NCBI GenBank assembly: GCA_040876835.1
Contig: JBBDOX010000016.1
Span: 23,414 to 87,413, forward strand
Source of the DNA: Candidatus Anderseniibacteriota bacterium
GTDB taxonomy: Bacteria > Patescibacteriota > Andersenbacteria > UBA10190
Direction: 5' to 3'
DNA length: 64,000 nucleotides
The notes below the pieces were generated by a model. The model did not search any database. It was not told where the DNA came from and saw only the letters and a program-made list of their open reading frames with translations. Both the position numbers and the translations under genes were made by a program. The number at the start of each line of letters is the position of its first letter. Positions within the stretch are counted from its first letter, which is position 1. This document shows positions 9,841 through 18,083 of the stretch, piece by piece.

Positions 9841-10701
9841 TTAGAGAGAAGTGATTCGACGCAAGCCCACAACTCCAGTAGCAATCGAGAGGAGACTTCC
9901 AATAGCGGCTAGACCAGCTCCAGTTTTAGCAGTTACAGGTACGGCAACTGATTGCGCGCCCTGTACCTGCGGAGCAGAAGAAACCGAAACAGCCGCCTGG
10001 GAGTCTATGGCCGGACCTATAGTAAACACCGTGGTTGAATCAACTGCACTGGCGCGCACACCGGGCCCGTTAATAGTTGCTGAAGCATGAAGCGTAAAGT
10101 CATTCGGCGCCTCTGCTTCCACTGTCCCGCTCACTGTAAAGGTCACCTCAGAACGCGCGGAAATATTCTGGTTGCGCCAGGTGATAGTACGGTCAGCAGG
10201 ATTACTCGATTGCGACTGGGGGGTGGCGTCGAACGGAACCACAAATTCCGGTACGCGAGCCGTGATACTGATTTCAGAGAAATCCTCATCGGAATCGTTT
10301 CTAGCCACTATGCGATAGGTTAATGTCTCCCCGGGACGCACGACTGCTCGATCGTCAGTAATGAGAAAGGTTAATCGGTCATTAGACGCTCGTACCGGAA
10401 TAGGTGTTGGTTTAGGAGTAGGATCAGGCACAGGCGTTGGTGTAGGACCAATAGCAACTATGTTATTCTGCGTCACGCTGTTGATGATCTGTCCACCGGG
10501 GGCGGCTGTCTGCGGACCAAAGTTGGTGACGTTTTGTTGGTTCACTTCTTCGGGAACCCGCGTGTTATCAGTTTGAGCTACTGTTGTTGGGGTAGCTTCA
10601 GATGGTACGGTTGTCTGAGTAGCAAATACACTGAACGGAAGAGTAGTCAGCATCACTACAATACTCATTTTGACAGTTCGCACGAAGTGTTTTGAAGTCA
10701 T
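9841..10701 (-). CDS. Secreted DUF11-like Ig-domain protein with C-terminal sorting-signal-like tail
   Basis: Signal peptide; VRPGETLTYRIVARN (DUF11 pattern); tail TAKTG + hydrophobic segment + RR. Confidence 0.75.
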   Translation of the reverse strand: MTSKHFVRTVKMSIVVMLTTLPFSVFATQTTVPSEATPTTVAQTDNTRVPEEVNQQNVTNFGPQTAAPGGQIINSVTQNNIVAIGPTPTPVPDPTPKPTPIPVRASNDRLTFLITDDRAVVRPGETLTYRIVARNDSDEDFSEISITARVPEFVVPFDATPQSQSSNPADRTITWRNQNISARSEVTFTVSGTVEAEAPNDFTLHASATINGPGVRASAVDSTTVFTIGPAIDSQAAVSVSSAPQVQGAQSVAVPVTAKTGAGLAAIGSLLSIATGVVGLRRITSL

Positions 10702-10863
10702 AGGTAGCTATCAATAAAATGAATAACAGGTCATAGTGTCACCTATGCTTAGACGTGTCAATGCTCGTAAGCTGCATATTCCAAAAGACTCGTCAGGATG
10801 AACTGACAGCGAATCAACTATTACGCCCAATCTTGTCCTCCTCTTGTCAAGGAGTATCAGGTG

Positions 10864-11097
10864 CTACTCTTTTCTTTTCGTGGGACTGCTTGTGGGAAAG
10901 ACGATCTTCTGTTTAGCTACAGCGAAGATGTAGATAAGCTCCAGAATCCCAAGGGTGTTGATAATCAGTAATGCTACAAACCAACCCTTCTCTTTTCGTT
11001 GAGCCGCAGTCCATAAGGCAATGCCTTTGAGAACTAACGACCAGGCAGCAATAAGCAGCAGCAAAAGTGGAACTTGGATCCAGTCGGGATAAAACAT
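10864..11097 (-). CDS. Small membrane protein (DUF5652-like)
   Basis: WSLVLKGIALWTAA...WFVALLIINTLGILELIY. Confidence 0.8.
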   Translation of the reverse strand: MFYPDWIQVPLLLLLIAAWSLVLKGIALWTAAQRKEKGWFVALLIINTLGILELIYIFAVAKQKIVFPTSSPTKRKE

Positions 11098-11164
11098 AAG
11101 GTCGTATATAGTATAGCCACTATACCGGACAATGCCTAGACACCCTTGCTACAGACATGCGAGT

Positions 11165-11854
11165 TTACAGAAGGATCTGAATATCGCCCTGGGCCCGGAG
11201 ATCTTCCAGTAGTGTGGTGATCTGCTGCTGACGCTTTTGTTGCTGGAGTTGTTGTTCAATTACTGGCCGTATTTCATCAAGATTGACCCCCTCTTGCCCT
11301 TCTAGTTGCGGGGCAACTAAATCAAGCTGCATCTGGACTTCTTCAGCGGTTACTTCGATGCTGTCAGCCGGTATCTTTCGCTCGAGGTACGTTTGAATAA
11401 CACTACCGCGCGTAACAGCTTCCCGTAGATCCTCCTCAGTCATTTGAGCTGCGGCTAGTTCACTCTGGAAGGCTTCGGTAGTCTCAAATTGTCCAGTCAC
11501 CTGATCAAGTTGCTGTTGAATCAGCTCCTCATTAGCTGTTATTCCCTCGGCTTCAGCTTGTTGGAATAGGAGCTCTTCGGCAATTAACCCATCCAGAACT
11601 TGCTGCTCAAGCTGGCCCGCTTCCACTTCTTCCGCCTGATTCGCTTGGGCTTGTCCTAGACTGGCCTCAAAGGTCTTTCTGGAAATCTCCACTCCGTTAA
11701 CCACAGCTACGGCTCCGGAAGAGTCGTTAGGTCCACTCTGGGGATTATTCTTGGCGAAATACGCCACTGCTGCCAGTAGGGCAATACCAACAAGGCCAAT
11801 AATCCACTTTCTTTTTCCTGAAGCGCTGGAGGGCGTACTCTGCTCGTCGTTCAT
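11165..11854 (-). CDS. SurA N-terminal-domain/PrsA-like membrane-anchored chaperone
   Basis: TM anchor, VAVVNGVEI, LDGLIAEELLFQQA; no parvulin domain. Confidence 0.8.
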   Translation of the reverse strand: MNDEQSTPSSASGKRKWIIGLVGIALLAAVAYFAKNNPQSGPNDSSGAVAVVNGVEISRKTFEASLGQAQANQAEEVEAGQLEQQVLDGLIAEELLFQQAEAEGITANEELIQQQLDQVTGQFETTEAFQSELAAAQMTEEDLREAVTRGSVIQTYLERKIPADSIEVTAEEVQMQLDLVAPQLEGQEGVNLDEIRPVIEQQLQQQKRQQQITTLLEDLRAQGDIQILL

Positions 11855-11933
11855 AGTATGAAAACCTTAGTAATTACAGTACTCAAGCCTACCAGTTTTC
11901 CCAGGATATCGAAAGATAACGTTTGTATGATCC

Positions 11934-12596
11934 CTATCCCGCAGGTTTTCGGGCCAGAAGACTTACTGTGACATTGCGCATAGGGCTCCCATCTTCTCTG
12001 GTGGCATTGTATTGTCGTTCCTCTTCTTTGTATTCCAGAATTTCCCAACCATTGTAAAGTTGTCGCAGTGCATCAACGTCGGGGTAGAAATTAACGGTGT
12101 CAGGATTGTTTCTATAAAAGTCCCCCTCTTTCGTAACTGCTACAATAGCATTTAGGCCCTCAGTCCTGGTTTGTTGCTTAATTTGTTCAATGAAAACTAG
12201 TGCACCATCTTCTGGAAGATGATGCAACATAAGTGCGCTAACAATTGCTTCATATGTTTCGTTAAGCGGTACATCTTTTGTGTCACCAAGGATTGTCTGT
12301 ATCGGCAGTTTTTCTGTCTCGGCCGTTGCCTGTATTTTGCTAATACCTTTCGGGGAGGGATCAATGGCAGTAACTTCAAACCCATTCCGGGCAAGAACTA
12401 AACTATTTCGCCCTTCGCCGGCACCAATGTCCAGTGCCCTGCCGCCAGCCATCAAAACAGGGATTTTTTCCACAATTGCTTCCGGTTCTCCTTCCGCAAA
12501 AGCCGCTCCTTCTTTGGAGTAAAGCTGATCATAGAATTGAACCAGCTTCTCTTTATCGTCTTTTGGTTTTTCAAAATGTGGATTTTCGATACTCAT
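11934..12596 (-). CDS. Class I SAM-dependent methyltransferase (TehB-like)
   Basis: ALDIGAGEGRNSLVLARNGFEVTAID. Confidence 0.85.
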   Translation of the reverse strand: MSIENPHFEKPKDDKEKLVQFYDQLYSKEGAAFAEGEPEAIVEKIPVLMAGGRALDIGAGEGRNSLVLARNGFEVTAIDPSPKGISKIQATAETEKLPIQTILGDTKDVPLNETYEAIVSALMLHHLPEDGALVFIEQIKQQTRTEGLNAIVAVTKEGDFYRNNPDTVNFYPDVDALRQLYNGWEILEYKEEERQYNATREDGSPMRNVTVSLLARKPAG

Positions 12597-12697
12597 CCTA
12601 ACAATTGTCAAAAAAAGCTAGAAATAGTCAATCGAGATTGGTGATGCATACACACATATGGAGGTTTTCACTTCGAGCCTTACAGGCTATCGAGCTA

Positions 12698-12727
12698 TTG
12701 ACACCAAGTTGACGTAAGCTGTAAACT
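12698..12727 (+). promoter_or_regulatory. Sigma70-type promoter for ORF 12849-13271
   Basis: TTGACA-18 bp-TAAACT. Confidence 0.5.
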
Positions 12728-12848
12728 ATCGTGCTCTTTGATGTTGGTGATATGGATACTGTAACAGCGCCTATACCACCCATCTCAATGCGAGAAGGTC
12801 CGATTCCAGACGGATTTCTGGTGTGTTCTTTTCTGAAGGAAGGCGGAC

Positions 12849-13271
12849 ATGGAGCTGACCGTTAAGGTGGCAACACCCCAAGGCGTTCTCACTTTTTCAT
12901 GTGAAGCTCACCACACTGCAGCAGAGGATGAGAGGCTCATCGAGGTGGAGTTTTACAAGAAAAACTCTGTCTCCCACACCGTCCCCGAAGGAGACCACTA
13001 CGAGCTTGAGCTCACGACGCCAGTGTGGGAGACTATCACTGATTCCCGCAACCATGTTCATCAGAATTCGCAGACAGGCAGACGATTCGTCTGCGTGACG
13101 AACAGCGTACCCACGCCGGCGGCAGCGAAGAAAATCTTCGAGATCTGGTGTTTGGCCATCGCTCACACCATCAGCACGGAGGAAGACCTGTTTCCCCTCC
13201 TGAATGCGAATGACCTCCACAGCTTCGAGGAGAAACTTCAGCTGAACGGCATCGAACTCGTGGAAGCGTGA
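12849..13271 (+). CDS. Hypothetical protein (140 aa)
   Basis: GAAGGAAGG SD, candidate promoter upstream, terminator downstream. Confidence 0.75.
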   Translation: MELTVKVATPQGVLTFSCEAHHTAAEDERLIEVEFYKKNSVSHTVPEGDHYELELTTPVWETITDSRNHVHQNSQTGRRFVCVTNSVPTPAAAKKIFEIWCLAIAHTISTEEDLFPLLNANDLHSFEEKLQLNGIELVEA

Positions 13272-13309
13272 CAGCGTCCTGACGTAAAAATCTAGAAGAT
13301 TCAATCACG

Positions 13310-13335
13310 ACCACGCGCTCGCCCGTGTGGTTTTT
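13310..13335 (+). terminator. Intrinsic terminator
   Basis: ACCACGCG-CTCGCC-CGTGTGGT followed by TTTT. Confidence 0.65.
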
Positions 13336-13337
13336 CT

Positions 13338-14105
13338 TTACGGGAAAAAGATCAACTTAATACTGGAAAGTATGATAATGACTGCAAATACCCACTTCAC
13401 TATCTGATTTCCGGCCTTTAAGGCTGTGTGTGCTCCGGCATAGCCTCCGATAGCAGCTCCAATAAGGAGCGGAATGCCTACCGAAAAGTTAACTGCTCCA
13501 TGAAGAATGTAAGAGATGAGGGCGGTAGTGGTAACAACAAGCCACATAACATTGCCAGTAGCGTTGGCTTGAATGATTGTCATTCCAAAAAAATGAACAA
13601 GAACATATGTGAGAAATATTCCTGTACCGCCTCCGAATGCTGCCCCGTAAATCATTATAAAAAACTGGAGAATGAACCCGGTTATGGTATGTCCCTTCCT
13701 GCGTTCCGTTTGAACCATCCCGAAATTCTTTTTCCAGAACAGTAGAGGCAGCATTAACAGCAGAAGAATACCAACTGTAACAGTAAGTACTCGCTCATTG
13801 ATCTCGAGTAGTATCTTCGACCCCACAATACCCCCAATGACTGCTAGGACAACGAAGTATGGAATATATTTCCAAAGGATTACGTTGTTCTTACGGTATT
13901 TTGCGAAGGCTGTAATCCCTCCGCTCAAAGCACTTAGGCGAGTTGTCGCAATTGAGGCACCGGGAGTTAACCCCATGAAAATAAGGGCGGGGATGGAAAT
14001 CAGCCCGCCTCCAGTTGATAGAGCCCCGATAAAGCCCGAAGCTATCCCTACCCAGAACGACAATACACTAATTGCGAATTCACTCATGGGATCTTTATAC
14101 ACCAA
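13338..14105 (-). CDS. TSUP family (TauE/SafE) membrane transporter
   Basis: GGGLISIP and YGAAFGGGTG motifs; about 8 TM segments. Confidence 0.88.
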   Translation of the reverse strand: MVYKDPMSEFAISVLSFWVGIASGFIGALSTGGGLISIPALIFMGLTPGASIATTRLSALSGGITAFAKYRKNNVILWKYIPYFVVLAVIGGIVGSKILLEINERVLTVTVGILLLLMLPLLFWKKNFGMVQTERRKGHTITGFILQFFIMIYGAAFGGGTGIFLTYVLVHFFGMTIIQANATGNVMWLVVTTTALISYILHGAVNFSVGIPLLIGAAIGGYAGAHTALKAGNQIVKWVFAVIIILSSIKLIFFP

Positions 14106-14279
14106 CTTAACCAGGACAGGACAATTGATATTGCATGCTGCAAGTGCCGAGGTATGCTCACCATCTCAAACCTGAAATGTTCAGAGCTAAGAAGTGAAGG
14201 CGAGATTTAATATTGGTACTCGCCCTTGACCATCTCTAGTTGTCACCCCTTGGAGCCGAAAGAGCGGCTGGCAGTTTTC

Positions 14280-14696
14280 TTACTGTCGAGTCCCCTCCAT
14301 GCGATAAGAGTAAAGGTCGTCGGATGGCCAATGCTTGTACTGCTGGAAGAGGTCCACGTCCAGATCGCGGTAAGTGTCGGGCAGAGGCTGTCTCTTTGTG
14401 TGAAGCGCCCGGACCATTTCCTTGACCCAGAGCCGCAAGATCTTGAGACCAGCCTCAACATCGCTCATCCACGCTGGGGAGTCCGCATAGATTTCCTTGG
14501 TCTGAGCGTAGGCAAGCCGCTGGAGAGTGGGGTGGGAGTAAGCTGACATCATGTAGAGGATCTCCCAGTTGCTGTTGAGGGCTCGCAGATAAGCAAGAAG
14601 ATGCTTCCCCTGCTCGGCCTGCTTCTCCATCTCGTCCTTGGAAGTGGGGCACATCCTCAGACCTTCTTCGTCGCTAACAAGGTGGTTGGATTTCAT
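14280..14696 (-). CDS. Hypothetical protein (138 aa)
   Basis: AAGGA SD 7 nt before ATG; promoter about 190 nt upstream. Confidence 0.7.
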   Translation of the reverse strand: MKSNHLVSDEEGLRMCPTSKDEMEKQAEQGKHLLAYLRALNSNWEILYMMSAYSHPTLQRLAYAQTKEIYADSPAWMSDVEAGLKILRLWVKEMVRALHTKRQPLPDTYRDLDVDLFQQYKHWPSDDLYSYRMEGTRQ

Positions 14697-14888
14697 ACTG
14701 TCTTCCTTGTGAAAGAAACATCAAAATCTGCCAGAGTCCTAAACGCAAACTTCTTTCCGTGTAGTCACTGGCAAATATAGAAGTTGGCTAACTGTTTCTA
14801 CTTGCCCATGTATGGCGCTTGAGTTTCATAGAGTGCCCGAACGTTAGAGAGTACCGCCCCGCTCAACCTATTCTTATCTTAACGACAT

Positions 14889-14917
14889 AAAGTACGCTGT
14901 ATTAATTAATATGTCAA
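14889..14917 (-). promoter_or_regulatory. Sigma70-type promoter
   Basis: Minus strand TTGACA-17 bp-TACTTT in an AT-rich context. Confidence 0.55.
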
Positions 14918-15096
14918 GATTAATTTTCGTGAATCAAATAATCTCAGCGACACTTTTTAGCATTACAAAGACATTATTTAATTAAAATGCGCCGCTTAGT
15001 TAAGAACCTGTAAAATTACCCCTTATAAAATGCGACTATAAGGCTTTAAAACTCAGTCTACCTACCTTCAAGTACCAAATTTATAGCATCTAATGC

Positions 15097-15732
15097 CTAA
15101 TACTCCCGACTTTCGCCAGGCTCAATAGCGTCGAGTTTAATTCCTTCTTCGCCTAATATCTTTGTTGGGTAGTTATAAATCCACTGGCGAGGGTTAAGCA
15201 TCCCATCATGAACAGGTATACAAACTTCTGGCTTGATTTCCGTTGCCCAATCAATAGCCTCACCCAGCTTCATCCACGGACCAATCATTGGCATTGCCAA
15301 AATCTGCACAGCAACGCCAGGATTTGTGAGCGCGTCTCCAGGATAGAAGAATTTATTTTCAAACAAATATCCCGTGTTCATAACAACTGGCATTTTTGAA
15401 TGAATCTCGGCATGGTCGGTGCCAAAAGCGGCCAGCTCAAAGCCTTCTATAGTTTCCTTTTGTTGGTCTTCCAAGAGTTTCGAGGGGATGCTTTCTGCTT
15501 CCAACAGCTTTCCAACGGCCCCATTGGTCACGATTGTCGCATCCTGGTTATTTTTGAGAACCTGTTTGAGTGACTCCAAGTGGAAGTGGTCGGCGTGTTC
15601 GTGGGTGATAACAATTAAATCTATTCCAGTAATCTGGTTTTGCTCAGTAGTCCAAGCACCTGGGTCGGTAAGGATTCTCTTGCCCTTGTCTTCAATAACT
15701 AAACAGCAGTGACCAAGTTTTGTGATTTTCAT
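15097..15732 (-). CDS. MBL-fold metallo-hydrolase (UlaG/YtkL-like)
   Basis: MKITKLGHCC, DPG, THEHADH, YPGD, PVHD. Confidence 0.9.
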   Translation of the reverse strand: MKITKLGHCCLVIEDKGKRILTDPGAWTTEQNQITGIDLIVITHEHADHFHLESLKQVLKNNQDATIVTNGAVGKLLEAESIPSKLLEDQQKETIEGFELAAFGTDHAEIHSKMPVVMNTGYLFENKFFYPGDALTNPGVAVQILAMPMIGPWMKLGEAIDWATEIKPEVCIPVHDGMLNPRQWIYNYPTKILGEEGIKLDAIEPGESREY

Positions 15733-15914
15733 ACTTACAGCTTGCGGTAGTAATTTCTCCAATGCAATTATTTCGCTTTAAGTGTTTTGAGATTAGTTCC
15801 CGTTAAGCGAAGTATTTCGAACTGAGTATTTGGACCACACAATGGACATGGCTCAGCAGATCAAACTATTTGAGCAGGCTTTTGGGCAAACGATGGTGCC
15901 TCCCTTCAGTTAGT

Positions 15915-15943
15915 AAAAACCGCTACAGTTATTACCGTAGCGG
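15915..15943 (-). terminator. Intrinsic terminator of the 434-aa ORF transcript
   Basis: Minus strand CCGCTACGG-TAATAA-CTGTAGCGG followed by TTTTT. Confidence 0.7.
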
Positions 15944-16004
15944 GAGCAGGTGGGGCTGCTCAGGCCGTAAAGAGCACTACTGGCGGGTGATGATGAGCGG
16001 AGGC

Positions 16005-17309
16005 TCACACGGCCATCGCTCTCTGGATTTCCTGGTACAGGATGTCTACCTGAATCAGGAGATTCATGAAAAGCTTGGCGAGGGTGTCGATCTGCGATTC
16101 TCCGCCGTTGATCGGATAGGCCAACGGGCATCCGTAGCCAGCGGCGGGCAAGCTTGACCCCACCAGGCGCAGCTCCTTCTGGATTTCGGTGAGTTGTCCC
16201 GTGACGGCCCTGTTCAGCTCCAGCGTCCCATCAGAATCCTTTACGAAATCTCTGATGTATCCGCCAGTAATTCCGAGAGGGCCGATCACCATGGGTGGGA
16301 ATGAAGCAGCCATCTGCGTGGGCAGGTGCTGCTTCACCGCTTCTGCCGCCAGGAGAATCGGGTCGCCGAAACGATCAATCCTCTCGGCAGTCAGCATGGC
16401 GATGCTGAACATCAGTGTCGAGATTCCTTCGCGGAAAGCCCGGAGCGGGGTCAATGGCTTATAGTCGCTAGCTGCTCGCGCCAGATGGCTAACCATCATC
16501 AGGTATTGTTGACTGATCCGGTGACTTTCGTCAGCCAGTCCCTCGGCCCAGTCCGACAGCAGCGTTGCGGTGATCATGAGCTTGATGGCAAATTCCTTGC
16601 CGTATGCACCCACCATCACCTGGAGGAAGTCAAAGATGTGCCTCCCTTTTTCCGTTTTAGGATCGTCATATCTTCGAATGACCACGCTGCGTCCGAGCGA
16701 AGTCGTGTCCCAAAGGAACCGAGAAAGTCGCTCTACCAACTCAACCCCGGCGAACTTCTGTGATTTGCCTGCCAGGATGTGGTCAGCGTTGAGCTCTACC
16801 AGTCGGGCCCAGCTGGCAAGGCAGTAGATGCTCTCCGAATCTTCCTTCTGGATGGCACCCAACAGCGGCTTAAGGTCGTCAGGCAGCGCAGCGAAGTACT
16901 CATCCAGCGGCGCCTCGGGCATTACGGTCCCGCGCTGCCAGGATTCATACAAACGTTCCTGATCTTCGAGTTGCCGCATGCCTTCGTTGATTGACGGGAC
17001 GTCATCAAGATCAGAGAGCTGATTTTCCAACAACTCGGTGATTGCCCTGCGGTGGTGCAGGTGCTGAGCGACGCTTCCAGCTCCGTAGATCACTGCCTGG
17101 ATCCTGTCCCGCGGAATCTTGGACTCGCGGTACAATCGGCTGGGATTTGGCAGCAAGCGCAGAGGCCGTGCCGCACCCAGGAGCATTTGCATGAAGCATT
17201 CTTGATCACTCCACTGAGCGTGGAAGATTTCTTCAAACCGATGCATCATCGACCCAAACGCTTCATGTACCTGCTTGATGTGTTCGACGGCTTCCGTCTT
17301 GCTACGCAT
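16005..17309 (-). CDS. Hypothetical mostly helical protein (434 aa) with C-terminal GCP motif
   Basis: Long ORF, GAGAGGA SD, downstream terminator; no family recognised. Confidence 0.8.
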   Translation of the reverse strand: MRSKTEAVEHIKQVHEAFGSMMHRFEEIFHAQWSDQECFMQMLLGAARPLRLLPNPSRLYRESKIPRDRIQAVIYGAGSVAQHLHHRRAITELLENQLSDLDDVPSINEGMRQLEDQERLYESWQRGTVMPEAPLDEYFAALPDDLKPLLGAIQKEDSESIYCLASWARLVELNADHILAGKSQKFAGVELVERLSRFLWDTTSLGRSVVIRRYDDPKTEKGRHIFDFLQVMVGAYGKEFAIKLMITATLLSDWAEGLADESHRISQQYLMMVSHLARAASDYKPLTPLRAFREGISTLMFSIAMLTAERIDRFGDPILLAAEAVKQHLPTQMAASFPPMVIGPLGITGGYIRDFVKDSDGTLELNRAVTGQLTEIQKELRLVGSSLPAAGYGCPLAYPINGGESQIDTLAKLFMNLLIQVDILYQEIQRAMAV

Positions 17310-17339
17310 TATTTTCCTCTCTTGAGTTTGTGAAAGTTC

Positions 17340-17387
17340 CTGGTTTCGTCCTCATGGACTCATCAGTGGGAATTCATCCCAGACCAG
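17340..17387 (-). ncRNA. Type III hammerhead ribozyme
   Basis: Minus strand CUGGU-C/UGGGA-UGAAU-UCCCA-CUGAUGA-GUCC-AUGA-GGAC-GAA-ACCAG: full catalytic core, three perfect stems, GUC cleavage triplet. Confidence 0.93.
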
Positions 17388-17432
17388 TGGCAAAGATTTT
17401 ACTGTAGGTACTCTCCCTTAGCCTTTTGTGAA

Positions 17433-17674
17433 CTAGCTCTTGTCGTGGATGTGATACACCTCGTCGCGGGTCTTCATCACCTCCGGGACGACCGTGACCA
17501 ACTCCTCTTCGCTAGAAAAGTACGGACCAAGATGCTGTAGTGGGGCGACGACTCGTCTTCGAAGTGATAACCGCTGGATTTGTACTCCAGCCCCAACATT
17601 TCGGCGGCCTGCCCTTCGCTGTGGCCAGAGGACAGGGCCTCGCAACGTTTCCGATTCAGAGCATGCAAGATCAT
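17433..17674 (-). pseudogene. Small hypothetical protein apparently split over two frames
   Basis: AAGGAG SD; overlapping ORFs 17477-17680 and 17433-17678 join at a T4 run (17516-17519). Confidence 0.4.
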
Positions 17675-17968
17675 CCACAAGATTCTCCTTCTAAAGGTGC
17701 GGGTAGTTCAGTCGTACGCTATCCAACTAAGATGGGTTGTACATTGACTCATAAAATAAATAATGTCAATGGTTGTGCTGGAGCCAGCCTATTTTTAACT
17801 TAACAATGCCATTTGTTAGTGCAGCTTAAAGGTAGCTCAGTAAGGACTCATCCTCATTCGTCGCTTTGCGGTGTAGTAGTATGTACATGATACGCCCCTA
17901 CTCTCCCTTTAACATCAAAGTAATGAAAGCAAAACAGGCATTTAAAGCCTGCTTTAACTTTCTACTCT

Positions 17969-18042
17969 TGGTTCCCGGGCTTGGATTCGAACCAAAATTC
18001 TCACTTCCAAAGAGTGATGTCCTGCCATTAGACGACCCGGGA
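17969..18042 (-). tRNA. tRNA-Gln(UUG)
   Basis: TCCCGGG/CCCGGGA acceptor stem, TCACT-CTTTGGA-AGTGA anticodon arm, GTTCGAATC T-loop, encoded CCA. Confidence 0.96.
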
Positions 18043-18083
18043 ATGTACGTTGAGAATACTGAAAATTAGCAGTTTTGCAACTA

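Noticed and set aside
14880-15090. AT-rich stretch as replication origin
   Set aside because: No clustered DnaA boxes and no dnaA/dnaN; explained by promoter DNA
17844-17862. GACGAA...GATGAGTCC on the minus strand resembling permuted hammerhead pieces
   Set aside because: Lacks CUGA and has no room for stems I and III
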